Part shown: piece by piece, positions 1-13,576 of the stretch
Layout of the letters: each line of letters begins with the position of its first letter
Position numbering within the stretch: the stretch's first letter is position 1
From: Mobula hypostoma
Lineage: Eukaryota
Assembly (NCBI RefSeq): GCF_963921235.1
Contig: NC_086108.1
Location: forward strand, 28,770,001 to 28,834,000
DNA: 64,000 nt
Reading direction: 5' to 3'
Made by a program: the position numbers and the translations under genes
Notes under the pieces: model-generated
What the model was told of the DNA's origin: nothing
Database searches by the model: none
Seen by the model: only the letters and a program-made list of their open reading frames with translations

Positions 1-89
1 CAGCATAACAAAACTTTCAATTTTCAGATACATTTACATTTCTTCCCCCACAGATATCAGCTATCAGAACACTTCCATCAAAATATAGA

Positions 90-2148
90 CGTCACAACGT
101 CCTGTACAAAAGCCCTTATTACTACAGCAGACAGGTTTACATCTACACACTGCAGAAAAAGTTGCCATGTTTTATGAAAACTATTTGTTTTTGAGTGTAA
201 CATACATGCCAAAAAGTCCAAAGGAATGTATTCCATGATTAATTTACGCCAACCAAAAAGTCCAGGGGTCTTATCGGATATCCAACAAAGTGAAATGTTC
301 TTCCTCGCACAAAAAGCCAGGAAGTTAAAAAGTTTTTTCTGATGTGCATTAATAATACGACTGCTGGGAAGCCTAGGAGAAAAGGCACTGAGACCAGTTC
401 AAGCTCCATCTTCAGAATCTTTTGCATTTCACCCAAAATATCATTCCAGTATGCCTGAAGTTTGGGACAAGTCCAAAAACAGTGGGTGAAAGTTCCAGTA
501 TTTACTTTACATTTAGAACACACTGGAGAAACCCCCGTCTTAAATTTCGAGAGACGATCTGTAGTCAAATGGGCTCTTTGCAGAATTTTGAGTTGCAATG
601 CTTTAGTTCTATTACAAACAGAAATTTTCTTTGCATTATCACAGATGTCTTCCCATATTTCAGCTGTAATTTCTACTCCCAGCTCTTCCTCCCAGACCCT
701 TCCCCGCTGCTCAGCCTCTCCACAAGAACATTCCCTCAGGATGCCGTAAAAAGTACTAATGGAGACTTCACCCTTAGAACAAAATACCCTCTTTTCTATG
801 TCAGAACTATAGAAATCAGTTAACAATGTTTTTTTTCCTGTATATAATCTCTTATCTGAAAGAAACAAAAAAGATCCTTGTTTGCTATGTTAAATTTCTG
901 TACTATTTGACGAAAAGATATCATCGTTCCTTCATCAAACAAATTTCCTACATGGAAAATACCCTTAGAAATCCAAAGTTTAAATCCAGAATCCATTATG
1001 CCAGGCTGAAAATCTGGACTGCCGGTTATTGGAGTGAAGGGTGGTATTTTCGCTGTGTTGCCCTAAATTTGTCGCACCGCCCTCCAAACCCTGACTGTAT
1101 AATTGTTATTGGATTGCAACAATACACCTTAATTAGTTTCATCTTATTGAGGAACAGCAAATTAATAAGAGGGCATTTTGCTTGTGAAGCTTCAATGTCT
1201 AGACAAATTGAGGAGGGGCCCCTGCAAACCCAGTCAACCACATAAGATAAAAAGGAACTTAAGTGATATTTTTTAATGTCTGGAAAATCCAGACCCCCTA
1301 GACTACTGGGAAGCTGTAACTTAGACATTTTAACACAGGCTCTTTTTTTGTTCCAGATGAAAGAAACAAACCAGCCATTTATTTTTTTAAGTATTTGTTG
1401 GGTAAAAATGACTGAAATCATTCATATTGGGTAGAGCAGACGAGGAAGAATGTTCATTTTGTTCAAGGATATTTGGCCAAGCCAAGAAATGGGAAGAGTG
1501 CTCCATCGCTCAAGATCCTGTTTGATTTTGTCAAATAACTGTGTAAAGTTAGCTTTGAACAATTGATCAAACGTAGGGGTGATAAATATGCCTAAGTAAA
1601 CAAAACCTGTCTGCGACCATTTAAAGGGGAAAACATCCTGAGTGTCAGGTACCTGTTGCAGATTCCCCAGAGGGATAGCCTCTGATTTAGTAAAGTTTAT
1701 TTTATAACCTGAAAAGGCGCTAAATGAATTGTTGCATTGTATAAGGTTGGTGCACTGATATAGCAGTGTTTGATAAGAAAATTAGAACATCATCCGCATA
1801 CAATGTAATTTTATGTGACTATAGTCCTATGTCTGGAGCAGATATTTTGGTGTCTCGCTGAATAGCCTCAGCCAATGGCTCGATCACTAGTGTGAAAAGT
1901 AGTGGTGATAAAGGGCAGCCCTGCCGGCTGCCCCTCAGAATAGTAAAATTATCCGACCTAATATCATTAGTGAGAATCGCAGCCAAAGGGTCATTATAAA
2001 GAATCTTTACCCACTTAATAAAATTATTGCCCAAATCAAATCGTTCTAAAGTGAAAAAAAATTTGGCCATTTGACACGATCAAAGGCCTTTTCTGCATCT
2101 AAGGAAACCACCAAGCCGTCCACTGCCTGTTGCTGACATGCCTGAATC
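90..2148 (-). mobile_element. L1-clade LINE, 5'-truncated decayed ORF2 (RT + C-terminal cysteine-rich motif)
   Basis: Minus-strand remnants RGSRQGCPLSPLLFTLVIEPLA, HKITLYADDVLI (~1780-1815), LGGLDFPD and CSKCKVNTGTFTHCFWTCPKL; several frameshifts. Confidence 0.85.
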
Positions 2149-2149
2149 A

Positions 2150-2985
2150 CATTACGTAAAACAACCTCTCTCTTAGCATCAACAAAACCAATGAGTTGAT
2201 TATTGACAGAAGAAATTTGGGGTCCATCAACCAGTGCTCATTCAGAGATCAGAGGTGGAGAGGGTCAGTAACTTTAAATTCTTGGACATTATCGTATCAG
2301 ATAATCTGATCTGGGACCAACTCGTAAGTACCATTTCACAGAAAGCACAACAGCGCCTCTACTCTCTTAGAAGTCTGTGTAGATTTAGCATGCTATCGAA
2401 AACTTTGGCAAACTTCAAAGGTGCACAGTGGAGACTATCCTGACTGGTTGTATCATAGCCTGGTGTGGAAACACCAGTGCCTGAAGAATGGAAAAGCCTA
2501 CAAAAGAGGGAGGATACAGATGAGTTCATCATGTGAAATGCCACCCTCCCCCCACCACCACAGAACAGATCTACAAATTGTGCTGCCACAGAAAGCAGCG
2601 TCCATTAACAAGGAGCCCCGCCATCCGTGCAATGCTCTCTTCTTGTTGCTACCATTAAGTCCCATACCATCAGGTTCAGGAACAGTTATTACTGAACTGA
2701 TCATTAAACACAACCGATGGATTCACTTTCAAGGACTCTGGAACTCATTTTCCCAATACCATTTATTTATTTTTTATTATTATTATTATTAGGTTCTTTT
2801 GGTATCTGCACAGTTTATGTTTTGCACATGTGTTGCTTGTCAGTCTTTATGCGTTGTTTCTCATTGAGTCCATTGTACTTCTTTGATACACTATGAATGC
2901 CTGCAAGAATATGAATCTCAGGGTAGTATTTGGTAACATATACATTATTTTGATAATAAATTAATTTGAACATTTGAACATTGAC
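2150..2985 (+). mobile_element. Rex/Babar-type LINE 3' fragment
   Basis: VERVSNFKFL..KAQQRLYSLRSL remnant; tail aatctcagggt...tgataataaa...tttgaac shared with other copies in the window. Confidence 0.7.
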
Positions 2986-3149
2986 TTCCATAAACAGCAA
3001 GTCTGCCATGACTTGCTTGTAGCTTGGCTTCTCACTAACTGCATCATGTGCTAAGTTCTGTGATTCCAAATGAAATACAAATTTCCTTCCAACTGTATCC
3101 TTGTGATAACACATTGGATCTCAGAGGGTGGCGAGATCATTTAAAAAAT

Positions 3150-3730
3150 ACAGCATTTATCAGTCATTCCAAACCTCTTTTGAGAAAGTAATGGCAAACT
3201 TTGTCCATCAAGTCCCATGTGTAATATCAGGTAGGAAGTTCCACAGAACAAGCTAAGCAACGATGAAGAAAAGGCAACATGTTTTCAGGGAGATGAATTT
3301 ACAAGTTTGGTGGCAGTTTCAAGTATCTGCAAAGTGGTAAAGATGCAGCTTTGGGAGGAGCTGTAGCACGTTGGAGACAGAACACACAGCAGCCATATTA
3401 GGAATGGAGATTTTTAACAAGTGGGTACGAATCAAACAGACGGTATTACCCCCAGATGATGACAACCTGAGTGCCAATGAAGATCTACTTATCCAATCAA
3501 GTGGAGAACATGCTATTCCTTTACATTTCATTCCTGAATTGAAGCTGATGGAAAGGGAGTTAAAAGGTTTATCATTTTCAACAAGATATCCAGCCACTGA
3601 TTTATTCTTGGGACCACTGTGGCTATTCCATTTAAGCTTCAGATCAGCAGTAAGCCCCATGATATTCATGAGGGAATATAAGCTCTACTTCTACTACATC
3701 TTGACATTAATAAAGTACATCACATTCTCC
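3150..3730 (+). mobile_element. Highly decayed LINE fragment, possibly RTE linker region
   Basis: Weak remnants (MQLWEEL, LSANEDLLIQ); ~50 nt related copy at ~4004-4054. Confidence 0.3.
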
Positions 3731-3913
3731 CAGCTGTCAACCACATCGCCTAAAGCTCCCACACCAAAAGACACAATGTTTTCCTTTGTGGCATGCCTTG
3801 GCATCTTCCTTTTAGATGAACACATCGGATAAAGGCAAGTGGTTACTTGATGCTTGCTGTTACCAGTTTGCCAGAGGTAAAAAGTTTCACTGCACAAATT
3901 CATTGCACCATCC

Positions 3914-4002
3914 AACACACAAAATGCTGGAGGAACTCAGCAGGCCAGGCAGCATCTATGGAAAAGAGTACAGTCAACGTTTCGGGCAGAGACCCTTCAG
4001 CA
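3914..4002 (-). mobile_element. Penelope-like terminal repeat fragment with damaged hammerhead core
   Basis: acacacaaaatgctggaggaactcagcaggccaggcagcatc...cgtttcgggcagagaccc resembles tails of the Penelope elements at 33.7-38.7 kb. Confidence 0.75.
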
Positions 4003-4069
4003 GCTTCAAGTATCTGCAAAGAGGTAAAGATGCAACTTTGGAAGAAACTACAGCAACTCGACTGTACTC

Positions 4070-4425
4070 TTAGGTGTACAAGATGATGAGAGACATTGAT
4101 TGTGTGGGTATTCAAGGCTTTTTCCCAGGGCTGAAACGGCTAACATGAGAGGACACAGTTTTAAGGGGCTTGGAAGTAGGTACAGAGGAAATGTCAGGAG
4201 TAAATTGTTTTTTTTACGCAGAGAGTGGTGAGTGCATGGAATGGGCTGCTGGCGATGGTGGTGGAGGCAGATACAATAGGGTCTTTTAAGAGACTCCTGG
4301 ACTGGTACATGGAGCTTAGAAAAAACAGGGCTATAGGTAACCCGAGGTAATTTCTGAAGTAAGTACATGTTCAGCACAGCACTGTGGGCCAAAAGGCCTG
4401 AATTGTGCTTTCTATGTTTCTATGT
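4070..4425 (+). mobile_element. CR1 LINE 3' end
   Basis: CR1-type 3' ORF/UTR ending in ttctatgtttctatgt tail repeat. Confidence 0.75.
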
Positions 4426-5614
4426 AATTACAGTAATTGACACACTTAGAACCTATTAAGTCATTATAAATGTAATTACTTGTGGACATAGTCCAACACA
4501 ACAAACCCCGAAAATTTCAAGAACACTTTAAATGAGGTGGCGCCTACAAAAGAGAACCACTTCACAAGAACAATTGAAGGTTCTGTTATTCAAGCCATTT
4601 CAATGTCTATTAAAATTCAACGTCTACAGCCCATGCTGCCATGTTTTAAGGAAATAAAATTGTTGAGAAAGATGAAGGGCAAATGCAGACTGAACTGAGC
4701 TGCTTGTTCAATAGGAAAACTTTGGCCATAAGCCATTCAGCACGATTTGGACAAACATGGAAACTTGAGATGAGCTTGGAGTTCAGAAGCTGGTGTGTTG
4801 AACCCATTATCAGAGCAATGATGACTGGGGAGAGAGGAGACTTGGAAGAGCAAAGTGCAGGAAAATGCATAAACGGGTTAGCTTCAAGGTTTCAATTATT
4901 TTTAAGTACTTAAAGCACCTTTAGTTACTTTATCAAAAAAATATTTGAATGCTTTACATAAAGCTCTTTAATAACAAGCATTAGGAAAACAGTCAAATGT
5001 CTTAATCAGCTTTTGAAAATCTCATACTCAATCCTTTACCCTGTCCTGCTCCAGATGCTCTGTTGCCTAATTAAGTTTTGCTTCCTGACTCTAAGAGAAA
5101 TGCCTATTACAGCATTTATAGGATGTTTTATTATACAATTTCCACTTTGTCCATATTAGGACTTTTGACCAATCTTTTAACAACTCTTCCTTAAACCTCA
5201 ACACAAATCAAGACCCATTGTCAGCCACCAGCTACCGTGGTCTTTAATCAGAGCACCACTTGAGTGCAAAAATACTAAGTTTACTATCAAAATAGTAATT
5301 CAGGCCATGCAAATACACATATTGAGAATAAGAAATTGTAATATCATTGATGTATGCAGGACAGCAGCAGGAAAGAGCAGTGCTAATTTTAACACAGTAA
5401 TCTGATTTTAAAAAAGCTTCTAAAACCCAGTGGACGATTTCCTTCGCATTGATGGGTAGGATCAGTGCCTTCTCTATTTCTTGTGATAGATTCAGCAAGG
5501 AAGATGCTCTTGTACTGTCACTTAATGTACTTTACACAATATTAAGTGGGGTTCAATAACAGCTGGTTGTTAATCCAACCCATTACCTTTCTTTTCAACT
5601 ACACAGAACTTAGT

Positions 5615-6985
5615 AAAGCAGAACATAGGAACAGGTCCTTCAGCCCACAGTGTTGTGCTGAACTAATTAGTAATCAAATGCCCAACTGAACTAATCCCTC
5701 TACCTACAGAATGTTCATATTCTCCCATTTCTTACTCATTCACGTGCCTATCTAAAGCGATTCTTGAGTGTCCCTATCATATTAGCCTCCACCATCATCC
5801 CAGGCAGGGCAGTTTAGGCACTCACCACTCCTGCCCTGCACATTTCCTTTGATTTTACCATCTCACCTTGTGTTGGGCACGTGGCCAAGAGGTTAAGGCA
5901 TTCGCCTAGTGATCTGAAGGTCACTAGTTCAAACATCAGCTGTGGCAGCATGTTTGTGTCCTTGAGCAAGGCACTTAACCGCACATTGCTCCAGTGTTTG
6001 TGCGAGGAGTGGTGCCCCACACAGACGTCCAATCTGTGCCTTGTAAGGCATGAAAATGCCTGACGCAGGCCTCTCATGGTCTGAGTTGACGTTCCCCCCC
6101 CCCACCTTAAGAGCATGTCATCTGGTATTAGACATGTCAAACCTTGTAAAAAGATACTAGCTATCGATTCTACCAATGCCTCTTACAATCTTATAAACCT
6201 CTACGAGATCTCCCCTCCACCGCTCCAGAGAAAACAACCCAAGTTTGTCCAACTTCTCCTTATAGCATGTGCCATCTTTTGCGGTCTCTCCAAAGTCTTA
6301 ACATCCTTCCTATATTGGCAATCAGATAATGAATGCAATATTCCAAATGCAGCCTAACTAGTGTCTTATAAAGCTGCAACATAATTTCAACTCTTGATCT
6401 CAATTCCTCAATCAAGACAACCATGCCATATCCCTTCTTTACCACCTTATCAACTTGTGTAATCACTTCTATGGAGCTATGAACTTCTACTCTTAAGATT
6501 CCTCTGCTCATCAATACTGTTAAGGATCTTGCCATTAACAATTAACATTAAAAGATCCCACTGGATCTTTACATTTGATCTTGCGAAGTGCAACACTTTA
6601 CATTTGGCAGGTTGAAACACCATCGGCCATTTCTCTGCCCATATATGCAATGATCTATATCCCACTGTATCCTTTGCCTCACCTTCTATGTTGTCCACAA
6701 CACCACCAATCTTTGTATCAGCTGCAGCTCACTAGCCAACCCATCTACTTTTTCCAGGTCATTTCACAAACAGCAGAGGTTCCAGTATGGATTTGTGTGG
6801 AACACTAGTCAGACATCCAGCAGAATAAATTCCATCAACTAATACCCTTTATCCTCTATGGGAAAGCCACCCCTGAATCCAAACTGCTAATTCACCAAGG
6901 ACCCTGTGCATCTTAATCTTCTGGATGAGTCTCCCACAAAAGACCTTATCAAACGCCTTACTAAAACCCACATAGACAACATTAC
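5615..6985 (-). mobile_element. Decayed CR1 LINE interrupted by a SINE
   Basis: MLQLYKTLVRLHLEYC and WAEKWPMVFQPAKCKVLHF remnants. Confidence 0.75.
5872..6103 (+). mobile_element. tRNA-derived SINE with RTE-like tail
   Basis: A box tggccaagagg, B box agttcaaac; short cacctt flanking duplication; 3' tail resembles LINE end at 23945-23979. Confidence 0.75.
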
Positions 6986-8699
6986 CTGAAAATCACATTT
7001 AAATTGACTTGCCTCCTTAACAAAGCAGCAAGGAAATAGGGAGTGATATAGAATGATAGACAAAAATTGGCTTGTGTGTCTGTTACAGATTCTGTTAGCT
7101 AACTTACAAATTTCTATTATTACAGATTTTTGGAAATAGGAAGAGAATTTTCCAATATCTGCAACTGGTTTGTTCCTTTTATTGTACATACTATTGAAAT
7201 TAGAGGTCAAGGACTGTGTTTTTTTAAATGGCTTAGCAACTGGAAGGAAGAGGGAAGAGTAAGGTGGATTAACTTTCCAACAATCTCGTTAACTGAAATT
7301 TCTTCTAAAAAAAATTGCAGGTGATACAGATCTGGAAACAACTTCAGAAATTTCAGGTCTCCAGTAATGGTAGTTCCCTTCCTCCCATTACCCCAATTAC
7401 TTTATCAGAAAACAAAGAATGAAAGTTTTCTTCATGACTCTACTTATAAAATTAAACAATTGACCATCTTCCAATGCATGTTTGTTACAGTTTGGATATC
7501 ATTTGCATTAAAGAAAAAATATTGCAACAAGATATTGTTAATTAATACTATCAGCTGCTTATACAGCTCAATGCAAAATATTAATTTTATTCAGTATTTT
7601 CCCCTATTTTGCATGAACTTTAGGTAGACAGTTTAAACCTAGATACTTTTTTACTCCAGTCATGCACTGTATATGCAAAAAAAAATCGCAATAAGGACAC
7701 AGCAGCAGCCAGTAAATGCATCTTTCACCTTAATTTATGCTTACAACAACACAAAGAGGTGGCAACTTGACCCATCAATTCCAATTCCATCTCGTAGGGA
7801 AACAATTTCATTAGTCCCATTGCTCCTCTTCACATTGTCCTGCAATTTAGCCCCTCACACATGCCATCAACTTCCCTTTGATGGTTACTTCCATCAGCCT
7901 ACACAAAGGGGTAACTTACATTAGTTCACCTAGCAAAACATTCATGGGACACTCGCACACACTGGAGCACCCAGGAATAGACATGAGCAATTACCAGAGG
8001 GAATGAACAAACTTCACTTCGCTGAGACAGCATCTGAGATGAAGATCAAACGTGGGTCGCTACGACTTTGAGGCAGCTGTCTAAATGCATGCACTCTCAA
8101 TCAACAACAGGGTACGATGAACATACAGAAGGCCAATTATTTCAACTAAATCCTGTAGGAAGAAAGTGAGTAGGATGTTGATGGGAGAAAGCAGAAACTG
8201 GAGAGATATAAAGAAATCAAAGAACAAAAGCTGAAATTGCTTTGTAGAAAGGCAGTCAAAGGAAAGATGAAATCACTAAAACAGATCAAATGAAAACAAG
8301 GGAACAACTTTTTTGAATGAACATTTCCTTGAAATATTTAGAACGTTGACCAAGTTAATAGTGCCCAAGCAAAGGAAAGCAAGGTATAGTTATGAATTTA
8401 AAACCTCTGAGATAGCAGTACTAAATGAGGTAAAAGGACAACATGTTCACTAACTGGTCTTCCTCAAGTGCTGTGAAAAATCAGAGTTCTGAGATTTATA
8501 AACCACTGACGATCGTTGAGATGTATCACTGCAGAGTGGAGCCTATCAATGGACTGAGAAACCAGGCAAACCTGGTCCCACAATCTGGAAAAAAAAGAGC
8601 ATTTCTCCCTTGCAGGACTTGGTTGAAATTATTTTCACCTTATCTGTATTATTTGCTCTTTGAATCAGCATTCTGTTGTACAGTACAGCTCAAAAAGCC

Positions 8700-9470
8700 A
8701 CTAGGAAGGAGGAACAGGAGCCTCAGGATTCAATCACCAGGTTCAGGAACAGCTATTACCCCTTGACCATCAGGCCTTTAAACCAAAGGGGTTAATTCCA
8801 GTTCCCCATCACTGAGTTGTTCCCACAACCTATGAACTCACTTCCAAGGATTTTTTATTTCATATTCTCAATTTTTATTGCTTATTTATTTATTATTATT
8901 TCTTTCTTTTTGTATTTCAAAGGTACATTTAATGTCAGAGAAATGTATGTAATATACACCCTGAAATACTTTTTCTTCGCAACCATCCAAAAAAAGGAGT
9001 GCCTTCAAAGAAATGACAGTTAAATGTTAGAACCCCAAAATACCCCCAGTTCCCCTCCCTCCCGCGCGTAAGCGGCAGCAAGCAACAATCCCCCCTCCGG
9101 CAAAAAAACATGGGAACCCGCCACCGAGCACTCAAGTGTGAGCAAGGCAGCAGCCTTACAATACTCCAAAGACTACTCGTTCACCCGGTATTCGACATAC
9201 TGCAGGCTCTCTCTCTCCCCAGTGAGGGAAAGAGATGTCTCCGTTTCACAGCGAGAGGGAAGACTTAACAAACAACTCGCTGGTTTACAACGTTTACACA
9301 GTTTGTTGTCTTTTGTACACTGGTTGAGCACCGAAGTTGGTGTGGTCTTTCATTGATTCTATTATGGTTATTATTCTATTATGGATTTACTGAGTATGCC
9401 TGCAATAAAATGAATCTCAGGGTTGGATGGCGACATATTTATGCTCTGATAATAAATTTAGTTTGAACTG
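8700..9470 (+). mobile_element. Rex/Babar 3' end interrupted by an inverted non-LTR tail element (~8915-9290)
   Basis: caggttcaggaacagctattaccc...aatctcagggt tail; insert is the reverse complement of the family at 11165-11520. Confidence 0.6.
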
Positions 9471-10659
9471 TGAAAAAGGGGCCTTTTGACCCACCATGTC
9501 CATGCTGACCTTTTATTTTGCCATCAACTTCAATCCTATTTGCCTGCTTAGGACTGTCATGTATACCTGTTGTGCCCTTCTGGAATTCCTGGCCACGTGC
9601 CTGTGTTTTGAGTGTGATTGACAAGAATTACTGAGCAAACATAGTAACTTGAAAAACAAACCGAGTATGATAAACATTTCAAGACAAGTTTAGAAGTAGT
9701 TCTGGTTTTTAAATTCTATTTCAATGTGTGGTATTTCTTGCAACAGATAAAATAGATACTGGGAAACAAATGGCAGATTATGAATTGAATATTAATGGAA
9801 GTATACAAGGAACGACTCATCAATTGAAATGTCATTCTGTCCTAGGGCAGTAATTATTTGGAACAAATTTGATGATCTGCACAATGTTAAGGTAGTCAAT
9901 ATTATAATGAAGCAGATTGTGTATGGTTAATCTCCATACTGTTTTCTAAATTAACTGTGGAGATCTTTAACATGCTAACGTTGAAAACGTCCTAAAAAGG
10001 TATCTATCAACATTTCATCGAAACTAATTTAGCTGAAAAACAAGGATTCTAAACAAACTCTCATAACGGGGAGTCTTTTCAGATGAACTCTTGACCTCAC
10101 TGTCTACCTTGACAGGGCTTTTGTACCATATTGTCTGCCTGTACTGCTCTTTTTATGTAACTGTAACACTTTATTCTACATTCTGTTAGCGCTCAATGCA
10201 CTGATGCTTTGAAATGATCTGTATGGATGGCACGTAAAGCAAAGATTTCCACTGTATCTCAGTGCAGGTGACAATAATAAACCAATTTCAAAAAAAAGAC
10301 CATGAGTGCAAAGTCAATGATTTGTACAAGTAGTAATTTTCAGCTGGATGAGAGATGGAAGCGAACAGAATGCAAAGCAGAGGTTCTGCTGGGTAACGTG
10401 CCAGTCAACGAAAGGAGTTGGTGGACATAATACTGGAAAATTTTCACCGATCTGACTACCTGTAATCCAGTTTCATTGATAATCCGCACTGATTCCTAAC
10501 TTTCTGCGCAACTGTAATTTCAAATTTTCTGGGCCACCGTACCAATCTGCTGTGCATTGTTTTGGTTGCACTAGATCTGTTCACGTGTTGGTGTGCTCTT
10601 GTAAGCACAGACAGGTGATTCCTGCTTGTTTTCCTGCATTTATTACCATCACTTGCGTG

Positions 10660-10908
10660 AGGCGCGGCCGCCCGTCTCACCCGCCAGCAGCGGGGAAGCT
10701 GGGTCGGTCTGCCTTCTCGCCCGCCTGCCGGCAGTCGCGCACTACCCTCCAGTGTCGCCCGACCAGCGCTCCGTTCTCTTCTGCCTACGACCTCAGATCA
10801 GACGTGGTGACCTGCTGAATTTAAACATATTACTGCGAGTGAAGAGGGAAAAGCCCAGCGCCGAATCCCCAGCCGCCTGGCGGTCACATGAAATGTGGCG
10901 TCTAGAAG
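10660..10908 (+). pseudogene. rDNA fragment: probable ITS2 3' end + 28S rRNA 5' end with internal deletion
   Basis: acgacctcagatcagacgtggtgacctgctgaatttaaacatatta|gcgagtgaagagggaaaagcccagcgccgaatccc...gaaatgtggcgt matches the vertebrate 28S 5' terminus from ~10787; GC-rich upstream part is inferred to be ITS2. Confidence 0.85.
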
Positions 10909-11164
10909 TCCTCCTTTCTCCGACTTCTGCTTCTGACAACCCCTCACTTGCAGACATGTAACTTTGCCTGAAGGTATATTAAATGTCTCACTTTAGAAGC
11001 GGAAGTGCTCAACTGTTCTGTATTAGTTAATTCCTGTACATTTACCTGTATCCTTTATTTTATCTGTTCCTGTGCAGTATATTACTTTATTAAAATTTCA
11101 CTTGCTACTCATTTAATATTTCTGTTTCATTATTATCTAACCTGTACTGATTTACATGAGTCAC

Positions 11165-11520
11165 CTCTTTCTCCTTTATTAGGAGAGAGAGAGCCTGCAG
11201 CATGTCGAACTATCGGGTGAACAATGTAGTCTTTGGGGTAACTGCAAGTCTGTGTCTGTGCTATCGCATAGCTCACGCTTGAGTGCTGGTAGTGGGTGTG
11301 CTTTACTTTTTGCCAGTGGGGAGGGGGGATTGTTGCTCGCTGCTGCTTACGCACGGGAGGGAGGGGAACGGCGGGGGGAATCTTAGGGGTTCGAACATTT
11401 AACTGTTGTTCATTCTTTGGAGCACTCTTCTGTTTTCATAGATGGTTGCGAAGATTAAGCATTTCAGGATGTATATTGTATACATTTCTCTGACATTAAA
11501 TGAACCTTTGAATCCTTTGA
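11165..11520 (+). mobile_element. Non-LTR retroelement 3' tail fragment
   Basis: Ends tgacattaaatgaacctttgaatcctttga; second copy inverted at ~8915-9290. Confidence 0.6.
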
Positions 11521-11924
11521 TATTTTAAAGGTATGATGAGGTGGTTAGCTATTGCTTAATGTGATCCTTCTGGAATTCGGCATTTTCACTAATCCGGCAC
11601 TCCTCAGGTCCCAGTGGTGCCGGATTATAGAAGGTCGACCTATACAACCAACTTAGGCTCAGATGGCATTTGTGGTTAATAAGCAAGAGTCACAGTGGAA
11701 TTAGTAGAGACTGGAGATTATAAAATGAGCTGACAAAATATTTAATTGGATAGAACTAATTCCACAGAAATAAGGATTCTGGGAAACTTTAGGGTCCTTA
11801 TAGAAGGACAAGCCATGGTTACAGGTAACAATCTTGTGAAGAAATGGAAACGGTTGGAATCCTGACCAAAGTGTAGTAAGGCTCACTCAGTTCCTAAATG
11901 ACTCCACTCAGACAATGCTGGATT

Positions 11925-12455
11925 TGATAATGTCACCAAAGACTCAAATTTCTAGATGTACTGTGGAAAACATTCTAACTGGTTGCATCACCATCTGGTA
12001 TGGTGGGGGTGGGGGCGGGGAACCATGCAAGAGCGAAATAAAGCTACAGAAAGTTGTAAACTCAGTTAGCTCCATCATAGGCAGTAGCCTCCCCAGTATC
12101 CAGGACATCTTCAAGGAGCGATGCCTCAAAAAGACACCATCAATCATTAAGGACACCCATCACCCAGGACGTGCTCTCTTCTCATTGCTACAATCAGGGA
12201 GGTGGTACAGAAGCTTGAAAGAACACACCCAACAATTCTGGAACAACTTCTTCCCTTCCGCCACCAGATTTCTAAATGGACGTTGAACCCATGAACACTA
12301 AACACTACCTCACTACTTTTTTCCTCTTTTTGCACTATTATTTAACTTTTTAATAGATATACACTTCTTACTGTAAGTTAGTTTTTATTACGTATACAAT
12401 GTACTGCTGCCGCATATCAGCAAATTTCATGACATGTGCCAATGATATCAAACCT
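11925..12455 (+). mobile_element. Rex/Babar LINE 3' fragment
   Basis: RCTVENILTGCITIWYG..KLQKVV..HPGRALFSLLQSGRWYRSLK. Confidence 0.75.
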
Positions 12456-13576
12456 AATATTAATTACTGACATTTGGACATCTCAGTCCAATGGCAGAAA
12501 TCCACTTCTAGCTTTCTCCTTCTTAATCTGCAGAATATGAACATTGTCACCAAGGCACATTTCTCTATGCACAAAGCTTTTTATCGCTTTTCAATGGAAT
12601 GCTCATGGGGGGCGGGGTGGGAGAGGTGAAATGCTAAGGAAGATTTCACTGTTGCACGATACCAACTACAAACCGATAAACACCTGAGAAGATCCGTTAC
12701 CTGAAACCTACACGTATCACATTTCTAATCTTAAACTACATCAATTACAAGGAAAAGCAGCAGTAACCTCAGACAGGCAAACGTTTAACACCAAACAGAA
12801 TAAATCATCTCTTTGATCAAGAACATAATCCAGCTTTATGGTTTAAATGAGTAGTATTTAACACAGGCAGTGTATGGTGATATATACTGGGCTAAAACTG
12901 CCCCTTCAGTGTCAATTACATTTGGATGCTAAATAACAAAAAGATGCACAACAAGTAGTGCTTATCATGGGATATAAATGTAACAGAAAACCATCCATTT
13001 GAAGTCATTTGTGTTACGAGTAAGAAATGTGGTAAACATTGGAAGCTGGCTAGCCATATCCACTTGGAACAACAGCTGCGTACAGAGTTAACACTCAGCA
13101 CACGCAGTACAAACAAAAGCAGAATGCTGCAGGTGTTGAAACCAAGATAGAAATGGCCTGGCAATTTCCATATTATTTTTCACTAATTCACTATGGGCAG
13201 GTATGGCATGATTTCTCTGGATGGCACGCAAGGCAAAAGGCTTTTCACTATAACTCAGTACATGTGATACTATTGAACCAATACCAGATAATTTGACAAA
13301 CTGGATGTGAGCCCTTTGTCAAAACTGGAAAGAAACTGCAGATATAAAGAATACATTGAAGGGCAGAGGGATGGATAGTCTGGAATGTGGAAAAACTCTG
13401 ATTAAATGAAATATAGTTATTTTGTTTCATCTCAGCTCTGCATCTTATTCCCCTGCCTCAACCCCACCCCACAAATTTTGCACACAATAAACAAACACAA
13501 ACATGCCTATTTTATTGACATATATTGCCCAGCACATTCAATGTACACAGCATTTTTTCTGTGGCCGAATGGAATA

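Larger units (their letters stand above)
10433..11642. mobile_element. Pogo/Tigger-like non-autonomous DNA transposon (long relative of the 31568 MITE)
   Basis: 10441-10495 and 11555-11642 match the two halves of the 154-bp MITE at 31568-31721 in reverse orientation; TA at 10431-32 and 11643-44. Confidence 0.65.

Noticed and set aside
3371..3832. 153-aa ORF as a host gene
   Set aside because: No recognisable domain or splice context; more likely decayed LINE
5385..5410. SDYC peptide as the last C1orf21 exon (expected GRDYCSEEE-like)
   Set aside because: No acidic tail and no phase-compatible acceptor; the last exon was not found in the window
5872..5945. tRNA gene (also 19390-19460 and 62400-62460)
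   Set aside because: Imperfect cloverleaf followed by SINE body and tail
10787..10908. Functional 28S rRNA gene
   Set aside because: Only ~120 nt, internally deleted and mutated, with no rDNA unit context
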